Source: Chlamydiales bacterium
Lineage (GTDB): Bacteria; Chlamydiota; Chlamydiia; Chlamydiales; JAAZZY01
Reading direction: 5' to 3'
Assembly (NCBI GenBank): GCA_965206695.1
Contig: CBDBKM010000003.1
Coordinates: forward strand, 32,001-96,000
DNA: 64,000 nt
The first letter of the stretch is position 1; each line of letters opens with the position of its first letter. Positions 1 to 10,839 of the stretch are shown piece after piece. The notes beneath the pieces were generated by a model. The model worked only from the letters and a program-made list of their open reading frames with translations. It was not told the origin of the DNA and searched no databases. Position numbers and translations under genes: made by a program.

Positions 1-1860
1 TATTTAATTTTACATTGATAAGATTGCTTGATCAATGGCGAATTTAAAATTCGTAACTTTTCGTAATATCTCTCTAACTTTATTTTTCATATTAGCCCAA
101 TATTTTTCTATAGGATTTAAGTCCGGAGAATATGGAGGAAGAAACATAAGCTTACAACCGGCAGATTCTACTGTTTTCCTGCTTTCCGCTGACTTGTGAA
201 AACCGGCATTGTCAAGAATAAGAACACTACCGGGTGTAAGCTGAGGAGTCAAAACTTCCTTAAGCCAAATATTGAATAACCCGGTATTACAAGTACCTTC
301 AAAACACATTGGAGATAAAAACTGCCCTTTAGACAGGGCTGAAATAATATTTTGCCTTACAACACGGGTCCCTGAAACCGATCCAAAACTTTTTTACCGT
401 GTAAGCTTCTTCCGGGCTCACGAAATAAAAATTGATGAATCCCGGTTTCATCGAGATAAATCCTCTTGTCAAAGAGAATATTTTCTAAATCTTTCATAAA
501 AGCTTCCCGTTTCTTTTCATCTCTTTCCTTATAGCGAGTAGTCTTTTTTTCATGTAATCTTTTAAAGGCATAAAAAATCGTTTGCGGAGTGACTGAAAAA
601 TAATCAGCAATTTCCGATAAAAAATAATCCGGATGTTGTTCTACATATTTAGATAACAACTCATCATCTGATTTTTGATAAGCATACTTTCTGCGGATTG
701 GTTTTAAATGTCCTTTTTGTTTTTTTTTTGCAATACCCATCGATATATAGTCATTTAATTTTACATTGATAAGATTGCTTGATCAATGGCGAATTTAAAA
801 TTCGTAACTTTTCGTAATATCTCTCTAACTTTATTTTTCATATTAGCCCAATATTTTTCTATAGGATTTAAGTCCGGAGAATAGGGAGGAAGAAACATAA
901 GCTTACAACCGGCAGATTCTACTGTTTTCCTGCTTTCCGCTGACTTGTGAAAACCGGCATTGTCAAGAATAAGAACACTACCGGGTGTAAGCTGAGGAGT
1001 CAAAACTTCCTTAAGCCAAATATTGAATAACCCGGTATTACAAGTACCTTCAAAACACATTGGAGACAAAAACTGCCCTTTAGATAGGGCTGAAATAATA
1101 TTTTGCCTTATAAAGCGGTTTCCTGAAACCGCTCCAAAAACTTTTTTGCCGCGTAAGCTTCTTCCGGACTCACGAAATAAAAATTGATGAATCCCGGTTT
1201 CATCGAGATAAATTCTCTTGTCAAAGGGAATATTTTTTAAATCTTTCATAAAAGCTTCCCGTTTCTTTTCATCTCTTTCCTTATAGCGAGTAGTTTTTTT
1301 TTTCGTGTAATTTTTAATCTTTTAAGGGCATAAAAAATCGTTTGCGGAGTGACTGAAAAATAATCAGCAATTTCCGATAAAAAATAATCCGGATGTTTTT
1401 CTACATATTTAGATAACAACTCATCATCTAATTTCTTATAAGCATATTTTCTGCGGATTGGTTTTAAATGTCCTTTTTGCTTTTTTTGCAAGATCCATCG
1501 ATATATTGTTGCGATACCTACTTGAAAAATATGGCCGGCTGTTTTTTTATCATGATGTTTTTCTATATGTTGTCATACTTTCTCTCGAAGATCTACTGAA
1601 TAGGCTCTAGGCATTGTTTTATCCTTACTGTTTGTATAAAAAAAGAAGGATAACATATTATCAAATAAAAATTAAAATACTATACTGTTGCGATACCTAC
1701 TTGAAAAATATGGCCGGCTGTTTTTTATCATGATGTTTTTCTATATGTTGTAATACTTTCTCTCGAAGATCTACTGAATAAGCTCTAGGCATTGTTTTAT
1801 CCTTACTGTTTGTATAAAAAAAGAAGGATAACATATTATCAAATAAAAATTAAAATACTA
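1..1860 (-). mobile_element. Older, diverged IS630-family element (copy 1), split by insertion of copy 2; pieces are <1-747 and 1685-1860
   Basis: DDE C-terminus (ILDNAGFHK, FLPPYSPDLNPIE) at 10-309 and indel-damaged ORF 357-740. Sequence ...CCCATCGATA|TA at 747 resumes as CTGTTGCGATACC at 1685, matching intact copies. Left IR ends at 1860, followed by TA. Confidence 0.9.
748..1682 (-). mobile_element. IS630-family element (copy 2), full length, nested in copy 1; ORF A has a premature TGA
   Basis: IRs TAGTCATTTAATTTT / TAGTATTTTAATTTT, TA duplication at 746-747 and 1683-1684, ORFs 1246-1491 and 761-1249, A10 slippery run. Confidence 0.95.
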
Positions 1861-2051
1861 TAGATGGTTATTTATGGATAGCTGAATCTACTTCGCGATT
1901 TAAAAAAATGAATTTGTCAAAAGAGACTTGTTTGAAAGAAGGCTTTGAACTTATTAGGGTTCAAGAAAAAGGAAATTTTATCTTTTTAAGAGCTCCTAAG
2001 AGCGATAGGAAAAACATTTAAAATGAATGCAATCAAAAGGAAAAAAAAGTT

Positions 2052-2526
2052 ATGTTATTTTTAAATGTCATAAAATATTTAAAGATTTATAAAGAACTGA
2101 TGCATGATATATTTGTGCCGAGCTATGAGGTTGTAAAAGCTTATCAAACAATTTTTTGGACTGTGTTTACAGGAATTATTGTATACTATTTGATGCAATG
2201 GCGTAATCATGCGTTTTCAAGCAAGCAAGCAGCAACGAATTCATTTCGATAATCAGCTAAAGGTTACATTAATAGAATTAGAATCGAATCAGATAGGGAA
2301 TAGGGGTGATCAGAAACACCCTTTTGATATTCAGCAACTGGAACAGTTATTATTATTAAATGATATGAAAAAGTTTCCAGAAGAGATTAAATTGTTGATC
2401 GATTTAAAACGTGATATGACCACACTTAATAATGGTGGACGTGTACAATGTTGTGTTCCATCAGATATACGTTGGGAACGTCTAAATCAAGCAATTGAAA
2501 TTATTAAAAAATTATTGAAAAGATAA
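2052..2526 (+). pseudogene. Hypothetical membrane protein, frameshifted at a (CAAG)3 repeat
   Basis: ORFs 2052-2252 (TM segment) and 2209-2526 are offset +1; removing one CAAG unit at 2218-2229 joins them. Confidence 0.55.
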
Positions 2527-2556
2527 GCAATACTCATACAATTTATTTAGAAGAAG

Positions 2557-2964
2557 TTATCCAGAACCAACCATAGATGCATTACTTTTTCTTTCTTCTG
2601 CTCTTCTAAGATTCCTTTGATACAACTTGTCTATAATAACTAAACACTCCTTAGTAACTTCTTCATATTTTTCTGGGTCGCTATTCTTCAGCTTTTTCAT
2701 ATCGATCCCTTTATCTATGATATCAAATTTCATCACCGTGACCATAGCACAAGCTTTTGCCCAAGCTTCCTTTTCAGAAAAACCTTCTTTCATTAATCTC
2801 TCTTTTAATTCCATTGCATCTACGACTTGAGGATTACTAGCTAAATACATCATCTGTTCTGTACTGAGAGCTGCAAAGGGAGGGGATTTATTGGATTTTG
2901 ATCCATTATTTTGACAAGCAAATAAAGTAATAGAACAACAAATTAGAAATAAGAGATTTTTCAT
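2557..2964 (-). CDS. Putative lipoprotein
   Basis: MKNLLFLICCSITLFAC lipobox-like signal; GAGGA RBS upstream of ATG 2964. Confidence 0.7.
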   Translation of the reverse strand: MKNLLFLICCSITLFACQNNGSKSNKSPPFAALSTEQMMYLASNPQVVDAMELKERLMKEGFSEKEAWAKACAMVTVMKFDIIDKGIDMKKLKNSDPEKYEEVTKECLVIIDKLYQRNLRRAEERKSNASMVGSG

Positions 2965-2977
2965 ATATTTCCTCAAT

Positions 2978-3715
2978 TTATAATATGCGAGTGTTGTCAT
3001 ATCGTAGCCATCCGGTTTCAATATCAAGATACATATTATCATGAAGAAAGTCACTTCTCCAATCCCATGCATTTGGGAAGTTAATTTGAGGCATTTCGAT
3101 TATTGTTGCTAAGCTATTATTGATTAAAGAGGGGTCTGAGAATAGCATTCCGAAATTTAGATCATGATATTTCAAATCGACCTGATTTAGGTCTATTCCT
3201 ATTAATTTAAGAAGATTGGGATTGTCATGAAGTTTGGCCATCCAACCTTTCCATTCCCAACCATTACATTTTACCAATATGATCAATAAAGCTTCTTTAT
3301 CTTTAGAATCAAGATCCCCGAAATTTTTAAGAGCTTCAATTTCTTTTTCTGAAAATTTTTTCTCTTGCAGAAACTCAAGACATTTAAATCGCTCTTTCAT
3401 CTGCTCTTGAGCTTCGCCTACAACTTCTTCTAATAAACGTTGTTTAGTGGCTTCGTAGGAACCCCATACTTTCATTCCTTGACATAGGTTATAATATAAA
3501 GAAAGAAAGTTAATGCCTGCTGCTTTTAGATGTCCGCCGTATAAAGAGGCAAAAGTTAGGGCAAGATAGCGTAAGGATTTCCAACTATATCCGGGTAGTA
3601 ATTTAGCAGCTTCATCTGTAGCATCATTAAAAGTTTCTCGCATTTTCATTAACTCATCTTCTGTACAAGGAGAATGCGGTATTTGGTATGAGTTGCTTAA
3701 AGGAGAGATATTCAT
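2978..3715 (-). CDS. Hypothetical protein, 245 aa
   Basis: Long ORF co-oriented with the downstream lipoprotein gene; no family recognised. Confidence 0.65.
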   Translation of the reverse strand: MNISPLSNSYQIPHSPCTEDELMKMRETFNDATDEAAKLLPGYSWKSLRYLALTFASLYGGHLKAAGINFLSLYYNLCQGMKVWGSYEATKQRLLEEVVGEAQEQMKERFKCLEFLQEKKFSEKEIEALKNFGDLDSKDKEALLIILVKCNGWEWKGWMAKLHDNPNLLKLIGIDLNQVDLKYHDLNFGMLFSDPSLINNSLATIIEMPQINFPNAWDWRSDFLHDNMYLDIETGWLRYDNTRIL

Positions 3716-3964
3716 AAAACTCTTGTAGTGATGATAGACTAAATTGCTTTATTATAAGAAAAAGACTTTCCAAGAATCAACAGATATTGTCTTATTTTCG
3801 ATTTAAAGATAATCGCTATATCAAAGCATGTTTCAATTTATGACAGCATCAAAGCAAATAACTATAATAATTATTTTAATTAAGAAATCTTTAAATAGTT
3901 GTTTGCATTATTTTAAGGTATCCCTAATCATTAAGTAATTTTAAATAAACAAAAAGAGTTTGTT

Positions 3965-5626
3965 ATGATAACAGAAACACTTAACCACAATTTAAGCTTA
4001 AATTTGTTTAAATATTCGTCTGAAACCAAAGAAACGGCCCAATCAAGCGAAGATTTTATTTCTTCACTCTCAACAGTAGCTAAAATTGCGATACCAACCA
4101 TTGCCGGAATAGCAATACTTGCTCTTTCTTCAGTGGCTATAATGAACCCAACAATGCCTTCAGGTGATGTTAAACCACCCTCATGGTTACAGTCGGCTTT
4201 CGATTCTTTTATGACAGCTATGACGAAACAAACGTGTATATAGTATTTTAATTTTTATTTGATAATATGTTATCCTTCTTTTTTTATACAAACAGTAAGG
4301 ATAAAACAATGCCTAGAGCTTATTCAGTAGATCTTCGAGAGAAAGTATTACAACATATAGAAAAACATCATGATAAAAAAACAGCCGGCCATATTTTTCA
4401 AGTAGGTATCGCAACAATATATCGATGGATCTTGCAAAAAAAGCAAAAAGGACATTTAAAGCCAATCCGCAGAAAATATGCTTATAAGAAATTAGATGAT
4501 GAGTTGTTATCTAAATATGTAGAAAAACATCCGGATTATTTTTTATCGGAAATTGCTGATTATTTTTCAGTCACTCCGCAAACGATTTTTTATGCCCTTA
4601 AAAGATTAAAAATTACACGAAAAAAAAACTACTCGCTATAAGGAAAGAGATGAAAAGAAACGGGAAGCTTTTATGAAAGATTTAAAAAATATTCCCTTTG
4701 ACAAGAGAATTTATCTCGATGAAACCGGGATTTATCAATTTTTATTTCGTGAGTCCGGAAGAAGCTTACGCGGCAAAAAAGTTTTTGGAGCGGTTTCAGG
4801 AAACCGCTTTATAAGGCAAAATATTATTTCAGCCCTATCTAAAGGGCAGTTTTTATCTCCAATGTGTTTTGAAGGTACTTGTAATACCGGGTTATTCAAT
4901 ATTTGGCTTAAGGAAGTTTTGACTCCTCAGCTTACACCCGGTAGTGTTCTTATTCTTGACAATGCCGGTTTTCACAAGTCAGCGGAAAGCAGGAAAACAG
5001 TAGAATCTGCCGGTTGTAAGCTTATGTTTCTTCCTCCCTATTCTCCGGACTTAAATCCTATAGAAAAATATTGGGCTAATATGAAAAATAAAGTTAGAGA
5101 GATATTACGAAAAGTTACGAATTTTAAATTCGCCATTGATCAAGCAATCTTATCAATATAAAATTAAATGACTATAAATGAAAGATCATTAGCAAGTTTT
5201 GATATGCCATTTAGTGTTGAGAGCCTAGAAGCGGTTCTTATCTCCGGTTTGCCTTATGAAAAGTTAAAGGATCACCAACAACGCTTATTTTCAGATGAGT
5301 TTTTTGAGAAAGCTAAAGCAACAGCTTTTATCTTCGCTCACCCGAATCATCTTGCTTCTGAATACAAAGCGCTAAAAGACTATTTTGAAAATCCGACAGG
5401 AAGAATAGAAAATGAAACAAAAGATGTTGAATATATCGCCTTTAATTCAGGCAATATGGTTCTTCAGCATTCAAATACTTTCGAAATAGAAGGGAAAAAA
5501 ACAGAAATAGACCGTTCTATTTTAATGGGAAATAACTCTTGTTTAGAAATCATGTGGTATACCGATGGTATAGATTCATCTCGCTCTCAACAAATTTCCT
5601 TGATTAATTCAATTGTCCTTCCTTAA
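3965..5626 (+). pseudogene. Hypothetical membrane-anchored protein (~241 aa) disrupted by IS630 copy 3
   Basis: Removing 4241-5176 joins ...KQTCI (3965-4240) in frame to NERSLASF... (5177-5626). Confidence 0.85.
4241..5174 (+). mobile_element. IS630-family element (copy 3); ORF A intact, A9 slippery run
   Basis: Terminal IRs, TA duplication at 4239-4240 and 5175-5176, ORF A MPRAYSVDLREKV (HTH), ORF B 4673-5161 with DDE motifs. Confidence 0.95.
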
Positions 5627-5670
5627 AACTTATTGGGGGTAGTAATAGATACTGCCCCTCTTCCAATAAC

Positions 5671-6282
5671 ATGACAATTATTACGACTTTTTATCAGATA
5701 TCCCAGACAGAAAACCCCAACATCTCCAACGGAGTATTAGATTCTGCCAAGCAATTCCTTATTGGAGTAGTATCTACTGCTATCATAGCACCACTTGTTA
5801 TCGCAGGAAGCTTTATCGCTCAAAATACTGGCTTAATAGAAAAACAAGCCCGTCAGTTTACCTGTCCAACCAATCTAACTCAGGGAATTTTAGGACTAAA
5901 AACTTCCACTATTCTCTCAACAGGCTGTTTAGTGCCTATTTTTGAAGAGTTTATCTTTCGAGAACTTATCCAAGAAGAACTGCTAACTAAGCTGCCACGG
6001 TATATCATAAAAAACGTAAGTCCTGGAAATGAGATAATTATGGACAGCCAAGCAGCTAAAATAGCAAGAATAACTATTACAACGACCCTTTTCTCAGCTT
6101 ATCATTTGATTAACCTGGCGACTTTTCCTTCTAATTATGTAAAAGCCCAAATGGTTGCTACCTCAATTCTAGGAATTGGTCTTGGAATACTAAAAGAATC
6201 TTCAGCTGGACTGACTGGTTCTCTTGGGTGCCATATGGCATATAATCTAACATCGCTTTTGCCTTATCTTGTATATTGTTAA
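5671..6282 (+). CDS. CPBP/CAAX (Abi) family intramembrane metalloprotease
   Basis: Motifs PIFEEFIFR, FSAYH and HMAYN with TM segments. Confidence 0.85.
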   Translation: MTIITTFYQISQTENPNISNGVLDSAKQFLIGVVSTAIIAPLVIAGSFIAQNTGLIEKQARQFTCPTNLTQGILGLKTSTILSTGCLVPIFEEFIFRELIQEELLTKLPRYIIKNVSPGNEIIMDSQAAKIARITITTTLFSAYHLINLATFPSNYVKAQMVATSILGIGLGILKESSAGLTGSLGCHMAYNLTSLLPYLVYC

Positions 6283-6424
6283 ATCAAACCTATCTAAAGA
6301 AAAAAATAATGTTCCAATTTGTGACAACACCAACAACAAATAGCTATAAAGGACTATAAAAGTAACTCCATATTGGCTTAAGTAGTTGTGTATAGCTGTT
6401 TATAGTTGGTTACAGGGTACCTCA

Positions 6425-6461
6425 GACTTAAAATCCCTTGCTCTTCGAGGCGAGCAAGTTC
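6425..6461 (+). other. Degenerate tRNA-Leu(TAA) fragment, att-like remnant
   Basis: GACTTAAAATCCCTTG...GCGAGCAAGTTC resembles anticodon loop, variable arm and start of T arm; no 5' half or acceptor end. Confidence 0.45.
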
Positions 6462-6632
6462 TCTTTAAGTAATTTACGTTTCTAAATCTTAACTTTTCCT
6501 CTTCATATACTGCTCAATAGCACACCGGCGGCACACTTTAAAATGACAAACGATGATTAACCCGGATGATAAAAAAGTCATGCTAAATTGATAATTTTTT
6601 TAGATATGTGTCATAAGTGTGCCATTCATATA

Positions 6633-7567
6633 TAGTATTTTAATTTTTATTTGATAATATGTTATCCTTCTTTTTTTATACAAACAGTAAGGACAAAACA
6701 ATGCCTAGAGCCTATTCAGTAGATCTTCGAGAGAAAGTATGACAACATATAGAAAAACATCATGATAAAAAAACAGCCGGCCATATTTTTCAAGTAGGTA
6801 TCGCAACAATATATCGATGGATCTTGCAAAAAAAGCAAAAAGGACATTTAAAGCCAATCCGCAGAAAATATGCTTATAAGAAATTAGATGATGAGTTGTT
6901 ATCTAAATATGTAGAAAAACATCCGGATTATTTTTTATCGGAAATTGCTCATTATTTTTCAGTCACTCCGCAAACGATTTTTTATGCCCTTAAAAGATTA
7001 AAAATTACACGAAAAAAAAAACTACTCGCTATAAGGAAAGAGATGAAAAGAAACGGGAAGCTTTTATGAAAGATTTAAAAAATATTCCCTTTGACAAGAG
7101 AATTTATCTCGATGAAACCGGGATTCATCAATTTTTATTTCGTGAGTCCGGAAGAAGCTTACGCGGCAAAAAAGTTTTTGGAGCGGTTTCAGGAAACCGC
7201 TTTATAAGGCAAAATATTATTTCAGCCCTATCTAAAGGGCAGTTTTTATCTCCAATGTGTTTTGAAGGTACTTGTAATACCGGGTTATTCAATATTTGGC
7301 TTAAGGAAGTTTTGACTCCTCAGCTTACACCCGGTAGTGTTCTTATTCTTGACAATGCCGGTTTTCACAAGTCAGCGGAAAGCAGGAAAACAGTAGAATC
7401 TGCCGGTTGTAAGCTTATGTTTCTTCCTCCATATTCTCCGGACTTAAATCCTATAGAAAAATATTGGGCTAATATGAAAAATAAAGTTAGAGAGATATTA
7501 CGAAAAGTTACGAATTTTAAATTCGCCATTGATCAAGCAATCTTATCAATATAAAATTAAATGACTA
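6633..7567 (+). mobile_element. IS630-family element (copy 4); ORF A has a premature TGA, A10 run
   Basis: IRs, TA duplication at 6631-6632 and 7568-7569, ORFs 6824-7069 and 7066-7554; near-identical to copy 2. Confidence 0.95.
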
Positions 7568-7699
7568 TATATGAATTAACCTATCTTGTTTAACTTTTGT
7601 AGTATATATACTAGTACACAATGGGTTATCTATCACTTGTTGTTACTGTTTATCCTTAGCTGACCTATTCTATCGCCTTTATTCATTTTGGAATGATAA

Positions 7700-7895
7700 A
7701 TGGCAAATATTTAAGAGAGAAAAATAAAAGAAGGTAAAAACTCATTTTCGTGTCCAAATTCGTTTAAAAGGATATCCGACACAACGAGCTACCTTTAAAC
7801 GTAAAACCGATTCTGTTAGATGGATTCAACAAACAGAAGCAGCCATTCGTGAGGGTGTTATTTTAAGACTTCGGAGGCAAAAAAACACAGACTAA
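7700..7895 (+). pseudogene. N-terminal remnant of a tyrosine recombinase/integrase
   Basis: Reads HFRVQIRLKGYPTQRATFKRKTDSVRWIQQTEAAIREG, typical integrase arm-binding N-terminus; has a stop and frameshifts, no catalytic domain. Confidence 0.75.
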
Positions 7896-7962
7896 GCGAC
7901 CTATTGGTGAAAATCAATAAATTCCATTTATTTTTAAATCATTGAAAATAAGTAAATTATAA

Positions 7963-8003
7963 AATTTATGAGCTATAGGCACTTGCTTTATAACTCATAA
8001 ATT
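7963..8003. promoter_or_regulatory. Inverted repeat (operator-like) upstream of the fic gene
   Basis: AATTTATGAGCTATA...TATAACTCATAAATT, one mismatch; a third half-site ATATGAGCCATA overlaps the ORF start. Confidence 0.5.
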
Positions 8004-8012
8004 GGTTAAAAT

Positions 8013-9044
8013 ATGAGCCATAGAAAGAGGTTTCTTCTCGATTCAGGGGGTGGTTTTGCGATCTTAAAAACTCTCGAAAAGAATAAGAAAAAGCAGTTTA
8101 TTGTTGAGATTCTATGTAATGAAGGGCAAAAAAGTTCGGAAATTGAAGGTGAGATTCTAGAAAGAGAAAGCCTCCAATCTTCGATCCGGCGTCATTTCGG
8201 CTTGAAAGCAAAAGGAACAATCTCTTCCACAGAGCAGGGAATGGCTGATTTACTATGGGATCTGTATCAGACCTATAACAAGTCTTTAACTCATAAAATG
8301 CTCTATCGTTGGCATAAAATGTTGACGGGTAACGATCAGAGGGTTTCAGATATTGGCAAGTATCGAACCCATCCTGATCCAATGCAGATTATTTCCGGGC
8401 GCTATGATCAGCATAGGGTCTTTTTCGAGGCCCCACCTTCTAAAAAAGTCCATGAGGAAATGACAAGATTTATCAATTGGTTCAATAAATCTGATGATAG
8501 CCAATCGGTTCTCGTTCGAGCGGCCATCGTACATGTTTATTTTGAGAGCATCCACCCTTTTGAAGATGGGAATGGAAGAATCGGTCGTGCCCTTGTAGAA
8601 AAAGCTTTATCTCAGAGCTTGGGACAACCAATTTTTATTGCTATTTCTGAAGGAATATCGAAACGGAAGAAGAAGTATTACGATGCACTTGCGTCTACAA
8701 ATAGAACTTTAGATATTCAAAAGTGGCTTGAGTATTTTGCTGAAGTAATTATTCAAGCGCAGGAAAAATCGATCGCATTGATTCAATTTTTAATGGCAAA
8801 ATCCCAGTTGATGAAGCGTTTGGAAAGTCATCTCAATCTCAGACAAAAGAAAATCTTATTGAGGATGTTTAATGAAGGGCTGACAGGATTTTCCGGAGGA
8901 TTAAGTGCAGAGAATTATATCAAAATAACCAAAGCTTCCCGTGCCACTGCTACGCGGGATTTAAAGGATTTAATCAATAAAGGAGCTTTATATAAAACAG
9001 GAGATTTAAAACATACCCGATATTGGATAAACCTCAAGATTTAG
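8013..9044 (+). CDS. Fic family protein with C-terminal HTH (DUF4172-Fic type; N-terminus probably truncated)
   Basis: Canonical HPFEDGNGRIGR motif; C-terminal SRATATRDL HTH. Confidence 0.9.
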   Translation: MSHRKRFLLDSGGGFAILKTLEKNKKKQFIVEILCNEGQKSSEIEGEILERESLQSSIRRHFGLKAKGTISSTEQGMADLLWDLYQTYNKSLTHKMLYRWHKMLTGNDQRVSDIGKYRTHPDPMQIISGRYDQHRVFFEAPPSKKVHEEMTRFINWFNKSDDSQSVLVRAAIVHVYFESIHPFEDGNGRIGRALVEKALSQSLGQPIFIAISEGISKRKKKYYDALASTNRTLDIQKWLEYFAEVIIQAQEKSIALIQFLMAKSQLMKRLESHLNLRQKKILLRMFNEGLTGFSGGLSAENYIKITKASRATATRDLKDLINKGALYKTGDLKHTRYWINLKI

Positions 9045-9461
9045 TTCCAATTATTGGACTCATATTATGACTGATTGCTTTTATATGGGATTAGAGTCAA
9101 AACATAGGAATCTTGATCTCGATACGAAGTAGTGAAACGGTTCGAATTGGTTGAAGTCGGATCCATTGTTTTCCTAATTTATTTAGGAGTACTTGAAAAA
9201 AGTTGAGGAGACAGCCCATATCCGATAGATTATGCGGAGCAAAAGATACGCCATGTAGGCAGCCTACTATAAGGCACGAGAGATATTATGAAAAATAGCA
9301 CACCTCCTATTCGATTTTTTTAATCTTGAGTTGCATTTTCTGTATAAGAGTGTGATGATTCAAACATCTATGCTGTTTTAGACAAACGATTAACTTAAAT
9401 ATTAGAAAAAAAATATCAGAAGTTTGTGAATCACGACTCACAATGCTGAAGGATAGGTAGT

Positions 9462-10280
9462 ATGATGAAAAAAGCTCTAAAAAATTTAATGATACGAAAT
9501 AGTACTGTTGAATTTCTGATTTTTATGACAGGGGATGGTGGAGACGGTATTGAAGTACGATATGAAGATGAATCAATTTGGTTGACACAAAAATTAATGG
9601 CAGAGTTGTTTTCTGTAGATAGATCTGTGATTACTAAGCACTTAAAAAATATATTTAGTGAAGGTGAGCTACAAGAAGAAAGCAATGTGCAAAAAATGCA
9701 CATTGCCCATTCGGACAAACCAGTCAACTTTTATAAATTGGATGTTATTATCTCGGTGGGTTACCGTATTAATTCCACACGTGCTACACAGTTCCGTCAA
9801 TGGGCAACTCAGATTCTACGGGAATTTGCTCTGAAAGGTTATGTGATTGATAAAAAGCGTTTAGAAAACGGGACCTTTCTGGGTAAGGATTATTTTGAGC
9901 ATCTTCTGGCAGAAATTCGAGAGATTCGCCTGAGTGAACGTAGATTTTATCAAAAAATTACGGATATTTATGCGACTAGTGTGGATTACGATAAGGATGC
10001 TCCTGCTACGTATGCTTTTTTTGCAAAAGTTCAGAATAAACTACATTACGCTATTCATGGCTATACAGCCTCAGAGTTAATTTATCAACCCAATATTAGT
10101 GTATGTAGATCTATTGAAGGTGAGATAGCTTATTGTTATTATTCACCGGAAAAAGAATATGGGTATATAGCCAAAGAATACGAAACCTTCCAAGAAGCTC
10201 TTTCTATTTTAGAAGAAGAGAGTAAACAGGGCGGTACTCAGATTGCTTCTGAAGATATTTCTATAACTCAACCGAAATAG
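9462..10280 (+). CDS. RhuM-family protein, 3'-truncated and fused to unrelated sequence
   Basis: IWLTQKLMAELF, IISVGYRINSTRATQFRQWAT, IREIRLSERRFYQKITDIYA; resemblance stops after ASELIY (~10085). Confidence 0.8.
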   Translation: MMKKALKNLMIRNSTVEFLIFMTGDGGDGIEVRYEDESIWLTQKLMAELFSVDRSVITKHLKNIFSEGELQEESNVQKMHIAHSDKPVNFYKLDVIISVGYRINSTRATQFRQWATQILREFALKGYVIDKKRLENGTFLGKDYFEHLLAEIREIRLSERRFYQKITDIYATSVDYDKDAPATYAFFAKVQNKLHYAIHGYTASELIYQPNISVCRSIEGEIAYCYYSPEKEYGYIAKEYETFQEALSILEEESKQGGTQIASEDISITQPK

Positions 10281-10436
10281 AATCTGTTAAAACGGTGCAA
10301 ATACGGTGCAGTGAACTTGGTAAACAACCGGTATCATCCAACACAAACCAATAGACTTCGTCCTATTTCTTCTCTAGAATGTTGCTCATTATGATTGGAT
10401 ATTATTGGTTATACTACTGATACAGCTCCCTGTCAC

Positions 10437-10481
10437 TCCGTCTCTGTAATGGATACGTTGGTTCGAATCCAACCGCCCCCA
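10437..10481 (+). other. 3' half of tRNA-Tyr (att site, right boundary of the island)
   Basis: TCCG...GGATACGTTGGTTCGAATCCAACCGCCCCCA has variable arm, T arm and acceptor end but no D arm; ACGGTGCA direct repeat at 10292-10310. Confidence 0.75.
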
Positions 10482-10839
10482 TTCCCCCGGACAACTCCTA
10501 TATGAAATGAGGGTAGAAAATAGCTCAGGAATCTATACAAATAGCTTTTTACCTTCTAATTTTAAGTTCTGAAATACTAAATTCAGCGATTAGCGTGTTT
10601 CATACACTTCAGAACTATTGAAGAGTTCTCTTACTTTAGATGCCTATCTCATCACTAAATTAGCTGTAATATAGAAGTTTTTATCAGTTTTTTCATGGCG
10701 TTCAACTTGTTTTACTATATATATCATTTTTGAAGGTTTAGATATCAAAAGTATGTTAACAAATAAAAGATGTGCAAAACGTATATCAGATAGAAGAGGA
10801 TGTCAATTTTTAACATTTTTAAAGTATACATGTGATTGG

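Noticed and set aside
2965..3072. N-terminal extension of ORF 2557-3072
   Set aside because: Overlaps the upstream gene; the RBS and lipoprotein signal point to ATG 2964
3809..3820. 12-nt match (ATAATCGCTATA) to the flank of the omegaRNA-like end at 10951, near TTTAA
   Set aside because: The two TAM-proximal bases mismatch, and a 12-nt AT-rich match can occur by chance in 64 kb
1567..6745. TGA in IS630 ORF A as evidence of stop-codon recoding
   Set aside because: Other copies have TTA (Leu) at that site, and TGA ends normal genes in this window
10410..10481. Complete tRNA-Tyr gene
   Set aside because: No 5' acceptor strand or D arm, and the anticodon loop is altered; treated as an att fragment
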